From positions 32,001 to 96,000 of the forward strand of contig OZ244651.1 of assembly GCA_965218695.1 (NCBI GenBank): a stretch of DNA of 64,000 bases. The letters are read 5' to 3'. Origin of the DNA: Nitrosopumilus sp. Lineage in GTDB: Archaea > Thermoproteota > Nitrososphaeria > Nitrososphaerales > Nitrosopumilaceae. The notes beneath the pieces were generated by a model. The model saw only the letters and a list, made by a program, of their open reading frames with translations, was not told where the DNA came from and searched no databases. This document shows, in pieces, positions 38,589-48,183 of the stretch (its first letter is position 1; each line of letters opens with the position of its first letter). Both the position numbers and the translations under genes were made by a program.

Positions 38589-39998
38589 TTAAGAAGTTAG
38601 AATTTCTGCAACTACAGGAATTACTTCCCACAGTGCAATTTTACCACTTTCTTGCATTTCAGAAGCTACTTCATCGGTGTAGAGGCCGTGAATGTTTATT
38701 GCAGGGTGTGCAACACTGTTCATGCCCATTGGTGGAACCGCATCGCTTGGGTTACCAAGTGCATACGCATATGATGGTACAGGCTCCGGGATGACTCCCT
38801 TTTCAACCAGAACTGGGTTCAGACCGAATGGATCACCTGCGACAAAGACTGTTGCTGCTCCGGTGTAGAGTGCTGCATAGTCGTGGTTGACGGCTGCATA
38901 TGCGCCTGGCTCGTCAAATACGAGATCAACAGTCATTCCCTGTGAGCCACCAAGTAGCCATGTCTCGGTTGCTGCAGATTGTACACGGTTGCCCTGTACG
39001 ACCCGGTCCAGAATCTCTCCCACTATGTGGAAGAATACTGGCTCGTTGCCGTGATTCTCTATAAAGAGTCTCACGTGCTGATCGAGTTCCACAAACAAGA
39101 GCTGTGACTGGTACTGCTTGTGTTCTAGACCGTTCCATGGCTGTGCAACGAAGATGTTAGAGTTAACATCTCCATTGACAAGCAGGTTGTGTGCCATGTT
39201 TGGAACGTATCCAAACTGCATTCCGTTAACGACTGTTGCAGTGTTGTGATGTCCAAACATTGCTACTGCGTCGTATCCGCCTGCGTCAGTCAGGTACAGT
39301 TGATTGTACTGGAGTTGGAACTCTAGTGCATCAGCGTCATAGAACACTCTGTCTATCTCACCGCTGCCGCTTGTCTTCTCAACCATCAGCTTCTTGTATC
39401 CGTTTGCAGGATCAACTATTGCGAGTCCGTACATGCCGGAAAAGACGTGCTCATCCATAGCAACCAGTTTGATGCCGGAGCAGTGGTACTTGAAGGTACC
39501 AGCAGCCTCAGCAATGTAACAGTACTGGGATGTTTCGCCGGGGTTGACAGACTCAAACGCGCCAGATGAGATCTGTGATGCGTGCATGTCGTTGCCGTGT
39601 GCTATAGGCTCATCTGCCGGAATGGTCAGAGTCATCTTGACTACGTCGCCTTGGGTTACCCTCAGGGTTGGTCCTGGGACCTGGCCACTAAAGGTCATGG
39701 CGTTGAATGTCTTTCCTCCTATGATTGGAAGTTCGACGCTCTCAGCAGTCAGATTGAACTCGGCTACGTTACGCCCGGTTGATTCCAGTACGGAACAATC
39801 GGTTTCTGCAAATGCTTCAGGCATTACAAGCTGCAAGCCGCCCATCTGATGAATCTGATCAAGTGCATCGGCATTCATTTGATTAATGTCGATTGTTTGA
39901 CCAGAAATCTGGGTCTGTGTGTATGTGCTTCCGAATAAGGTTGCGCCCATTATAGTTACTGCTGCAACTGTAAAGAGCATACTTACACGCTTATTCAT
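38589..39998 (-). CDS. nirK: Copper-containing nitrite reductase (AOA type)
   Basis: TFSGQVPGPTLRV.QGD, HGNDMHA, KYHCSG...EHV.SGM (type-1 ligands), FFHIVGE, AVNHD. Confidence 0.95.
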   Translation of the reverse strand: MNKRVSMLFTVAAVTIMGATLFGSTYTQTQISGQTIDINQMNADALDQIHQMGGLQLVMPEAFAETDCSVLESTGRNVAEFNLTAESVELPIIGGKTFNAMTFSGQVPGPTLRVTQGDVVKMTLTIPADEPIAHGNDMHASQISSGAFESVNPGETSQYCYIAEAAGTFKYHCSGIKLVAMDEHVFSGMYGLAIVDPANGYKKLMVEKTSGSGEIDRVFYDADALEFQLQYNQLYLTDAGGYDAVAMFGHHNTATVVNGMQFGYVPNMAHNLLVNGDVNSNIFVAQPWNGLEHKQYQSQLLFVELDQHVRLFIENHGNEPVFFHIVGEILDRVVQGNRVQSAATETWLLGGSQGMTVDLVFDEPGAYAAVNHDYAALYTGAATVFVAGDPFGLNPVLVEKGVIPEPVPSYAYALGNPSDAVPPMGMNSVAHPAINIHGLYTDEVASEMQESGKIALWEVIPVVAEILTS

Positions 39999-40020
39999 GG
40001 GAATGATGACGTGTAGTCAC

Positions 40021-40034
40021 TATATAATAATTCC
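40021..40034 (-). promoter_or_regulatory. TATA/BRE candidate for nirK
   Basis: Minus strand GGAATTATTATATA, 23-36 nt upstream of the ATG. Confidence 0.6.
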
Positions 40035-40043
40035 TATCAATAC

Positions 40044-41406
40044 AACTTTGTTTCCTAATTATCTTCAACCACGCCTAACTCTTCCAGAGTCATGTCAGTC
40101 AGTCAGCCCAGACGAATTTGAATACCGTGTCAAACACTTTCAATAGAAAACTGTATTGATCAGAGAGGCGTGCAGACAGTCAGGCCAACAACCATGACTG
40201 AAAACACGCCATCTCCAGACAAGACGGGCACGCATGACGCTAAAAAATCTTTCAAATCAGAAGGGCGCAGGTTCCGGTACGATGACCGCAGGTACATAGA
40301 CCGCGGTCAGCTGTGGTCCCTCCAGATAAACCAGGAGATCCTGACGCGGGACGTGGAGAAGCTAAACAGCGGAAAGGTCGGCCACCCGTACGTGTTCTCA
40401 AACGCGTGCTTTGCAGCAGCGTTCCTGTTCAGGAATGCCACCGGCATCAGGTACAGGCAGCTCCAGGGCCTGGCAGAGACCGTGGTTGGCAAGGAAAACT
40501 CACCCACGTACTCGGCATTCCAGAAGAGGATTGCCAAGCTTGGCTGCACCTTTGACGAGAAGGGTGCCGGCAACACGACTTCGGTGTGGTTTTCAGACGG
40601 CGGCGCCAGAACAGAGATCAGCCTGTTTGCATTTGACTCCACGGGGCTCAAGCCCACAAACCGCGGCGACTGGATGACGGCAAAGTGGGGGACCCGGCGC
40701 GGGTTCATAAAGATGCACGTCGGCGTGGACGCCAAGACCAAAAAGATCTACGCCGTGGCAATCACTGACGACAGGTGCGGGGACTCTCCGCAGTTTGAGG
40801 AACTGGTGGAGCAGGCCTTTGCAAACGCAGAAAAATCACCAAGCGCAGACACGTCTGCAGGCACCAGGGTGGCAGCCGACGGCGCGTACGACGCCAGGAA
40901 GATCCACAGGTACTGTGACGATCGCGGCATCTCCCCGCTGATTCCAGTCCGCATAAACTTTGCCGGAAAGGCAAAAGGGTGCATGCCCCGCAAGAAGGCC
41001 GGATTCGAACAGCTTGGGGGGATGGACCACATTGACAAGACGGCCGAGCGCGAGTTTGCCGGCCTTTCGCGTGAACAGAAAAGGGAATTCCAGAAGGCGT
41101 GGCGCGAGGAGTCCGGGTACAACCAGCGGTGGTCAGCCGAGATTACATTCTCCACGTTCAAGCGGGTGTTGGGCGAGTGCATAAGCGCCCGAAAATGGGA
41201 GAACGTCAAGGCCGAGATATACGGAAAGGTGCAGCTGTACAACCAGATGATCGATACTGCCATTGACAACGGGTACGGCACGCCAAGGATCGTACAAGTC
41301 TACAGACCCGAATCAAGGACGGCAGGAAATGGAGGGGATGCAGGACGATGACATAGGCAGTATTGTACAGACGGGTGTCTCTGGTTCATAATTAGGAAAC
41401 AAAGTT
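40044..41406 (+). mobile_element. IS5-family (IS903-like) element
   Basis: Perfect 19-bp TIR AACTTTGTTTCCTAATTAT. 9-bp TSD TATCAATAC at 40035-40043 and 41407-41415. Confidence 0.93.
40194..41351 (+). CDS. IS5/IS903-group transposase
   Basis: FDSTGLK, KMHVGVD, ADGAYD, SGYNQRW.AE..FS.FK...G. Confidence 0.92.
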   Translation: MTENTPSPDKTGTHDAKKSFKSEGRRFRYDDRRYIDRGQLWSLQINQEILTRDVEKLNSGKVGHPYVFSNACFAAAFLFRNATGIRYRQLQGLAETVVGKENSPTYSAFQKRIAKLGCTFDEKGAGNTTSVWFSDGGARTEISLFAFDSTGLKPTNRGDWMTAKWGTRRGFIKMHVGVDAKTKKIYAVAITDDRCGDSPQFEELVEQAFANAEKSPSADTSAGTRVAADGAYDARKIHRYCDDRGISPLIPVRINFAGKAKGCMPRKKAGFEQLGGMDHIDKTAEREFAGLSREQKREFQKAWREESGYNQRWSAEITFSTFKRVLGECISARKWENVKAEIYGKVQLYNQMIDTAIDNGYGTPRIVQVYRPESRTAGNGGDAGR

Positions 41407-41414
41407 TATCAATA

Positions 41415-43201
41415 CAGTTAACGCAGAAGTAAGACCTGACTAAGATACAATGATCTGGGAGTGTCTTGCGGCACGTTACAGCAAATATGAAAATAAACTC
41501 ACCCAGACAAGGCTTAGGCAGTTGTCAACATACGGGGAGTCTGCTGCTTAAAAGAATTGATGGTGAAAATCTGTCAATGTACCAGCATGGACAGACTCAC
41601 GCATCAGCATACCTTTGCGGAATTGGAATTTAAGCATTTGAACGCACATTGGCATTTCACGGTGCCTGCCGGGTGGTATCTGTAGTGACTGACATGGCAG
41701 GCCACCTGCAGCGCTCCCTGCAAAACAACCCCCGGGTTCGCCAAGATACGACGTCTGATGCGGCCCGCGTGTTTGATTCAAGCCTTCCAGTCTCCAAAAG
41801 GCCCAACGCAGCGTACGGGACGGATGATTTTCACAGAATCATGGTAATGGCAGCCGTGCTCGGGATATCGATCGGGGGGTACGCTGCGGCCGTGCGCAGG
41901 ATGGTGACTGCCGTGCGGGGACTGGGCAGATCCCACAGGCGCTCCCCGTGCAGCGAGTGGATGCGCGACATTTGCTCCCGGATTGATTCGAAAAGCCTGA
42001 TGCAGTCATTTAATGAAATGGTATCCTCACAGGTAAGCCAGCTTGAGGATCTGGGCATGCTTGGCCACAGGAGGATGAATGTTGCCATTGACATGCACCT
42101 GATACCGCGCTGGGACCACAAACACGGCGCAGAGCTCGTAAGATCAAAGGCCAAAAGGGGAACGCATCTCTTTGAGCGATACATTACGGTACAGTGCGTG
42201 ACCCGGAGGATCCAGCTGACCCTGGGGGCGTTTCCCATGCCTGCCCTGACTGATACTGCCGATTTCGTGCGCAAGGCCGTCGACTCGTGCCTGGAAAAGA
42301 AGGTCAGAATAGGCATCGCCATGCTTGATCGCGAGTTCTTTTCAACAGACGTGATCCGGACCCTTGACGGAATGGGCATAAGGTATCTCATGCCCTGCAT
42401 CAACACTCCCAATGTGACGCGCGCCATCGAAGAGTTTGCATGCGGGAGACGCCTTGCAGTATCGGGATTTCGCATAGCAAAATCCAAACATGATCATGCC
42501 GAGTACACCATGATCATAACAAAACGCAAAAGAAAGAAAAAGACGGGCAGTCCCGAAAAGCCGGAGGAGAAATACATTGCCTTTGCCACGAACATGCCGG
42601 GGATCAACGTCGATTATTATGCCCGGAGGTGGATGATAGAGACAGGCTACAGGATGGCAGAAAAGCAAAGGGCGAGAACCCGCAGCAAGAACGAGACGGT
42701 CCGGGCGCTTTGCTTCCTGTACACCCTGATCCTGTACAACACGTGGGTAATCGCAAATGCCAGGCTGACCTCGGATTTGCAGAAATCTGATCGTGTATAC
42801 CAGGCAGTCACGCAAACCGACGTGCTGGTGGTCAGGCTGATAAACAACATTCCGTGGTACCTGGTCAGGCAAAAGCCGCCGCCTGATGTGCGCCGTAGCT
42901 GCGTGACGGGACACCACAATGATCATCCGGGGGCCGTGCAGGTTTTTTAGAAACCAACAGGATTAATCCTGCCGCGTCCTCGCGTACCGTAACGGTTCTG
43001 TCTTCCGGACAGATTCTGTCGGACCGTCTGATATCTGTCCCTGAGAAGGATGTCTTTCCCATCCTGCAGATGCTGCAGTGAACGTATGTAATTTGGACAT
43101 TCAGATTGCGTACGATACCGTGCAGGAACACCAGCAGAGTCATTCAAGGTCATGATTACTGGCTGCCATGGATTCTGCAAGCCTTACTTCTGCGTTAACT
43201 G
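41415..43201 (+). mobile_element. ISH3-like (IS4 superfamily) element
   Basis: Perfect 19-bp TIR CAGTTAACGCAGAAGTAAG; the flanks (CAATA / GATTC) do not form a TSD. Confidence 0.88.
41694..42950 (+). CDS. ISH3-like DDE transposase
   Basis: VAIDMH.IP, LDREFF, FATN, Y.RRW.IETGYR. Confidence 0.88.
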   Translation: MAGHLQRSLQNNPRVRQDTTSDAARVFDSSLPVSKRPNAAYGTDDFHRIMVMAAVLGISIGGYAAAVRRMVTAVRGLGRSHRRSPCSEWMRDICSRIDSKSLMQSFNEMVSSQVSQLEDLGMLGHRRMNVAIDMHLIPRWDHKHGAELVRSKAKRGTHLFERYITVQCVTRRIQLTLGAFPMPALTDTADFVRKAVDSCLEKKVRIGIAMLDREFFSTDVIRTLDGMGIRYLMPCINTPNVTRAIEEFACGRRLAVSGFRIAKSKHDHAEYTMIITKRKRKKKTGSPEKPEEKYIAFATNMPGINVDYYARRWMIETGYRMAEKQRARTRSKNETVRALCFLYTLILYNTWVIANARLTSDLQKSDRVYQAVTQTDVLVVRLINNIPWYLVRQKPPPDVRRSCVTGHHNDHPGAVQVF

Positions 43202-43405
43202 GATTCCACTGCAGAATCAGTCGATGACCATAATGACTGACTAGGACATGTCTTACCTGAGAATCGTATTCCGGGCGGATTTACCTGCAATACTCTTGAT
43301 GGATATGGACGACGGACTGGAACTCTGGCACGTCCGTGTCCTGACACTCCATACACCCCGCCCCCATCAAGATATTCATAAATATTCATTTGACGAATGG
43401 ATCGC

Positions 43406-44122
43406 ATGGCGGATTCTCTTCTGCATGATGTGCAGAGACTAATGGATGTAGGATTCGGGGATGACAGAATACTGAGACAGATCTACAGGGCGTGTAAGAA
43501 TAACGAGGCCATTAGCAACTATGAAAGAAACTATGTCCGAACCCTGGTTGATGAACATCTTACCAAAAGTACCCAGACCTCCGAGCCCGAGCCCGAGCCT
43601 GAAAAAGAGGTACCGGTGCACCCTGATGTCGTGATTCCAAATCCAACTCTGCCCCAACTGGTCGTGAAGACCAAACCACAACATGGTCTCAAAGGCATCA
43701 TGTCCTGGTCGATGAAAAGAAAACTCGTGCTTGGCATTGCAGCGTTACTTCTGATAGGCATCATCACTGCTGCAGTATCATTTAACAGCACCGGTGGCTT
43801 TCCACTCCCAGGTGATCCTCCTGATGAAAAACCCCCGCCTCCAGAGATGCCGGCATTCTCTGTTGCAACCGATCTTACATCGTATGACAGGCTGGATCTT
43901 ATCGTGATTAGCGGTGCATCCGTAGACTCTGATGCCATTACACTCTCAATCGAAAGTCCTGACGGACAGACTATCTGGGCTGAAACAGTATCAGTACGGG
44001 GCAACCAGTACTCGACTCTTACCATTGCAGGAGGTCAGGGGTGGACTGATTCCGGGATATATACACTAGAGGCATTCAACGGAGTCGACAGGGTATCTGA
44101 GGAGTTTACGTTTAATCCGTAG
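43406..44122 (+). CDS. Hypothetical single-TM protein with a C-terminal Ig-like beta domain
   Basis: N-terminal GD.RIL.QI helical domain, EP linker, TM, beta-rich tail (GIYTLEA). Confidence 0.72.
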   Translation: MADSLLHDVQRLMDVGFGDDRILRQIYRACKNNEAISNYERNYVRTLVDEHLTKSTQTSEPEPEPEKEVPVHPDVVIPNPTLPQLVVKTKPQHGLKGIMSWSMKRKLVLGIAALLLIGIITAAVSFNSTGGFPLPGDPPDEKPPPPEMPAFSVATDLTSYDRLDLIVISGASVDSDAITLSIESPDGQTIWAETVSVRGNQYSTLTIAGGQGWTDSGIYTLEAFNGVDRVSEEFTFNP

Positions 44123-44288
44123 GGTCTCATGACAGGCATCCGAAAGTGCCGGCCGCCTTTCCGATAATAGCATGTCGGCAGTGTTCCAGTCGCGTGACAG
44201 AACCTCCCAGTCTGCGTGTCATGGCAAATCGCGCCATCGGGTTTAAAGTGATGCTCTCTGAGGGCCGGCACAATTGCATAATGCGGCA

Positions 44289-44519
44289 TCATCTGTAGCA
44301 AAACTCCCCGTCTGTTCCCCTGTACAGTACAAGGTATTCGTCGGGATTCTTTCTGTCCTTCTTTGCCTTCAGTGCATCTTGATACATCTCAAAGTGCTCG
44401 ATCAGGTACAGCTGGCCTCTGGAATCCGAAAGATAATCTATTCCGACCAAGGCAAACCCCGATTCCGGGGTAAGACCTTCCCTGTCTGCACCTAATTTGT
44501 CTGCAGCCAATCTACTCAA
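44289..44519 (-). CDS. Small conserved hypothetical protein downstream of tbp
   Basis: 76-aa ORF starting 6 bp after the tbp stop (SGFALVGIDY...LYLIEHF). Confidence 0.65.
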   Translation of the reverse strand: MSRLAADKLGADREGLTPESGFALVGIDYLSDSRGQLYLIEHFEMYQDALKAKKDRKNPDEYLVLYRGTDGEFCYR

Positions 44520-44525
44520 GTGAGA

Positions 44526-45086
44526 CTAGTCGTAGATCATCAGATCCTTTTCCTCTAAAAGCGAGTGCAGATTGTGAACGGAGCGGAATACGTCTGATTC
44601 CTTCTTGGCTCCAGTGCATACCAGCTTGCCGGATGCAAACAGCAGTATTACCGTCTTTGGGTCAAGCATCCTGTGGATGAGTCCCGGGAACTGCTCGGGT
44701 TCGTACATGCTTCTTGGCAGAGTTCTTGCAGCCTTTTCAAGGTGGATTCTTCCACACAAATTGATTGCAGCCACTATGTTCTGGACGGTCACCACTGCGT
44801 CGTTTTTTATCCTGATTCTACCCTTTCTGAGCTTCTGTACCACTGTATTTACAGCCTTGACTGCCATCTCTTCTGACTTTGCCCCCGTGCACACCATCTT
44901 ACCGGTTCGAAATATTAGTGTGGCAGTTCTTGGTTCGGCCAGCCTAAAAACCAGTCCTGGAAACTGCTCTGGATGATACTCTGTGTCGGGAAACTTTTCG
45001 GTAATCTTGATTAGATCTATCTTCTGATCCACTGATGCTGATGCAACAACATTCTCTACATTTACAATTGGCTTGGTCTGGGGCAT
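44526..45086 (-). CDS. tbp: TATA-binding protein
   Basis: Two repeats of N(V/I)VA...Y.PEQFPGL..R...P....LIF..GK.VCTGAK. Confidence 0.97.
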   Translation of the reverse strand: MPQTKPIVNVENVVASASVDQKIDLIKITEKFPDTEYHPEQFPGLVFRLAEPRTATLIFRTGKMVCTGAKSEEMAVKAVNTVVQKLRKGRIRIKNDAVVTVQNIVAAINLCGRIHLEKAARTLPRSMYEPEQFPGLIHRMLDPKTVILLFASGKLVCTGAKKESDVFRSVHNLHSLLEEKDLMIYD

Positions 45087-45298
45087 GACATCTACTTTAA
45101 ATATACCCTTTATATATACTAGCAAAATTTCCCATTCAAGCCTCCCCAGGGTCTGCAGATACGCATCATGAATTGTTTGCGACTGCAGATGGGGAGGAGG
45201 AGGATGTACATGTCATGCAGTTGCGCAACGCCGGGAGGAATGCGGTCACTCGAAAGAATCACATGGGCAACTTGCCTGCCTGCCTGCAGATGTTACAC

Positions 45299-45730
45299 CT
45301 AGTACAGCTTGGTCTTCCTTGCAGTCATGTTGATCATGGCAAGCAGTGTGATGCTGGCTATGGTCTGAGATATGATCGAGGCGATGTACGGCTCTTGTCC
45401 AATGGTGAGAAGATAATACAGCCCGGTCCATCTGATGACTGCATATGCTGTCTCGCCTATCCCGAAAGAGAAGATGATCTTCTTCAGGTCGGTTCTGAGT
45501 CTTACCGTGTCAGTCCCGCCGGACTCAAGCCGATACTCCTTCCTGTTGTCGATATAGTATAATGTACTGAATACGGTGTAATAGACGATATATCCTGCAA
45601 TCAGAGTATACGTGGAGTTCAGATAGTCCTCCTGCTCGCTTAACGCCTCTGCGATCACCGCCGAGAGCGAAATTGAGGCTATTAGGGATATGATGACGTT
45701 CTTGTTGAGCATGAGATAGCCTGTTACCAT
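45299..45730 (-). CDS. Hypothetical four-TM membrane protein
   Basis: About four hydrophobic segments, 143 aa. Confidence 0.65.
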   Translation of the reverse strand: MVTGYLMLNKNVIISLIASISLSAVIAEALSEQEDYLNSTYTLIAGYIVYYTVFSTLYYIDNRKEYRLESGGTDTVRLRTDLKKIIFSFGIGETAYAVIRWTGLYYLLTIGQEPYIASIISQTIASITLLAMINMTARKTKLY

Positions 45731-45778
45731 GTCCCGTCTGTGACGATTCCCGATTAAATTGTTATCTGTGCATTACCG

Positions 45779-45870
45779 GTACATACTCAGGTCCCCCTCA
45801 AACTCAGGCGTGAATATACGTAAAACAGTACATGTTTACGCCTAGACAATACCGGGACCTGAGTATGTAC
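45779..45870. mobile_element. MITE-B copy 2 (92 bp, inverted relative to copy 1)
   Basis: TIR GTACATACTCAGGTCCC. 8-bp TSD CATTACCG at 45771-45778 and 45871-45878. Confidence 0.92.
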
Positions 45871-46111
45871 CATTACCGTATAATCCAGGGTGCGGTCAGG
45901 AGCCATTCACATAATCCGGGCATGCACCACACAGCACCTGCATGGATGGCATCGTACGCTGCACGGTACCGGTTCCCAGAAAGCAAAAATGACACTTCCC
46001 CAACAAGACTGCCGCCGATAACTCCTCCATGCATCGGACGTTTGCGGCTGTGCCCGTGCCCGTGTAGCGGTGTCCCATCCACTTACATCTGTGCTACTCG
46101 TCAATAATCTG

Positions 46112-46519
46112 TCAGACACCACTGTACTCATCAATGACTGCCTTTGGCAGTTTGGCCTCAAAGAAGCCCAGCCGTCCTGTGTACGGAACGGGAACCATGA
46201 ACGTCTTGGGGTTTCTGAGCATGAATCCAAAAGCCCTGACAGGATGATCGTCTCCTGCATGGTGAAGACTGCCGTCTGTGCTGAGGGACTCTGCCGTGTC
46301 ATACCTTTTCACATCGTACAGCTCGGCCATCCCCACAATGGCGCCTGTGACCGGTCTTTTGTCAACACCAAGTCTTGCACAGTCTGCCGTTCTTATCCTG
46401 AGGGGGGCATGTACAAGAAAATCACCCCGGAACCTGGTGTTCCACACCCGCAGTTCAATGCTCTTTCTACCTGACGTGATAAGATCTGCAAACGGCTGGC
46501 ATACCGAGAGACACTTCAA
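46112..46519 (-). CDS. ASCH-domain protein
   Basis: LSV.QPFA.LI.SG.K.IE.R.W.T.FRG..LVHA, GAIVG, P.PY.G.LGFF. Confidence 0.92.
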   Translation of the reverse strand: MKCLSVCQPFADLITSGRKSIELRVWNTRFRGDFLVHAPLRIRTADCARLGVDKRPVTGAIVGMAELYDVKRYDTAESLSTDGSLHHAGDDHPVRAFGFMLRNPKTFMVPVPYTGRLGFFEAKLPKAVIDEYSGV

Positions 46520-46523
46520 GGCG

Positions 46524-48062
46524 CTACTCTGTAGCCATTCTTACCAACCTGCCAGGATTTACACCCATTCCATCCGGGAGGTTGGTTATTCCACCGGTAA
46601 GGCTCTCTGCGGCCATGCCCTTGTTTGTAAGTATGTTGACTGCCATGAGTGACGTGTTTCCTGCCATGCATACCAGCAGGGACTTGCCGCCTGTGCCCAG
46701 GGATCCGGCAAGGTCCTCTGGAATCTGCTGCGTCATGAGCAACCTCCCTATGGTGCTTGCCTTGGGCACTGTAATCCTTGACTTGTCCACGCCAAGCGAC
46801 CTTGCAATAAGCTCCAGCCCCTCCTCCTTTGGAGTGTACTGGGTGTGGACCCATATTATGTTGTCATATTCGGATATGCCTGATGCGGCGTCCTGCAGGG
46901 AGACCTGGGTGCGGTGACTTTTCTTTGCGGCCTCCTCCATACTCTTTTTGTACTTTTGTATGCCATCTGCCATTATTACTACAAATCTTGTACCGTTTCC
47001 CGAGTGCGCCATCCCTATTGCGGCATAAAGTGCCAATGCGCTGCTCTCGCCTATGTCGTGGCCCTTGTCTACAAGGAACTTCAAAAGGGGCCTTGCCTGC
47101 TCAAAGTCGACTTCGTGTTCTCCTGCATATATCTCCGGCCTGTACAGGCCAAGCCCGCTTGCCTTGTCCCGAGTTCTGATGCCTGCAACATCCTGGCCTG
47201 CAGGCGGAAATACCAGATGCACGGATTTTTCCCCGTACGTGTCCTGAATGTATCTGTCAATTCCTCCCGACGTGCCTCCTGTGCCAAATGCACAAAATAC
47301 CTTGTAGTCGCCCAGCGACTGGCCGTCCGTCTGCAGCTGCTGGTCTATCTCTGCTGCAGTAATTCTCCTGTGCACCTCTATGTTCATCTCATTGTCGTAC
47401 TGCTCAGGACAGAACATCCCGTATATCCTTGCAAGCACCTTTGCCAGGTTTATGATGTCCTGTGATGCAAGAAGCGCCTCTATCTCCTTGTATGCCTCAT
47501 CAAAGGTTGCAGGATCAAAGCCCATCTCTGTCAGCTGTGAGCGTATGTTGGCAGCTGCTGCGCGTGCTGCAAGCATGTTCTGACTACCCTCCATTCCAGG
47601 TGCAGGACATACGTCCATGTCAAGATCCATTATGCGAATACTTCCGTTTCGAAGCTCCTCAAAGACTCCCTCCTGCAGCCTCCTTGAGACCAGCGAGACT
47701 ACAGTCAGTCCCATTTTGGCCATCTCCCCAAGGGCTATCCCGAAGTTGCCTGAGGTTGCCTCGATTACAGTCTGCCCGCCCTTCAGCTTTCCTGTGCTGA
47801 TGGCGTCATGGATGATGTAGACTGCGGGCCTGATCTTGATGGAGCCTGTAGGCAGATTGGAGTCAAACTTGCCAAACACTCTCAGGTCGTCTGGCAGGTC
47901 TGTCTTGTAGATCTGCCTTGCACACTCCCTGAGATCCTCTGTAAGGTCAGTCAAGGGGGTCGCATTGACAATTCCTGCCTGTCCCTCTCCGGGATGTGGC
48001 ATCCTGCTCCATATCCCCTGCTCAAACCGCTCAAGCAGATCCCTGTCGACACCTTCGCCCAT
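46524..48062 (-). CDS. PLP-dependent cysteine synthase-like enzyme with a C-terminal rhodanese-like domain
   Basis: TPL, PTGSIKIR, EATSGNFGIA, GTGGT, GESS; C-terminal LLVCMAGNTS...SL.GGI. Confidence 0.85.
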   Translation of the reverse strand: MGEGVDRDLLERFEQGIWSRMPHPGEGQAGIVNATPLTDLTEDLRECARQIYKTDLPDDLRVFGKFDSNLPTGSIKIRPAVYIIHDAISTGKLKGGQTVIEATSGNFGIALGEMAKMGLTVVSLVSRRLQEGVFEELRNGSIRIMDLDMDVCPAPGMEGSQNMLAARAAAANIRSQLTEMGFDPATFDEAYKEIEALLASQDIINLAKVLARIYGMFCPEQYDNEMNIEVHRRITAAEIDQQLQTDGQSLGDYKVFCAFGTGGTSGGIDRYIQDTYGEKSVHLVFPPAGQDVAGIRTRDKASGLGLYRPEIYAGEHEVDFEQARPLLKFLVDKGHDIGESSALALYAAIGMAHSGNGTRFVVIMADGIQKYKKSMEEAAKKSHRTQVSLQDAASGISEYDNIIWVHTQYTPKEEGLELIARSLGVDKSRITVPKASTIGRLLMTQQIPEDLAGSLGTGGKSLLVCMAGNTSLMAVNILTNKGMAAESLTGGITNLPDGMGVNPGRLVRMATE

Positions 48063-48183
48063 GCCTCCAAGGCAGTCTGGGGCTCATATAAAATATCTGC
48101 TGGCAGTGCGGTGACAGGCGGCATACTCGCCGGTATCCTGTATGGCACCATGCCGTATCTTCTCCATTGTGCTGCATGTGTGA

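Noticed and set aside
42950-43201. Non-coding tail of the ISH3-like element as a possible guide or ncRNA
   Set aside because: No convincing long stems or repeats by eye; it cannot be supported without an alignment of other copies.
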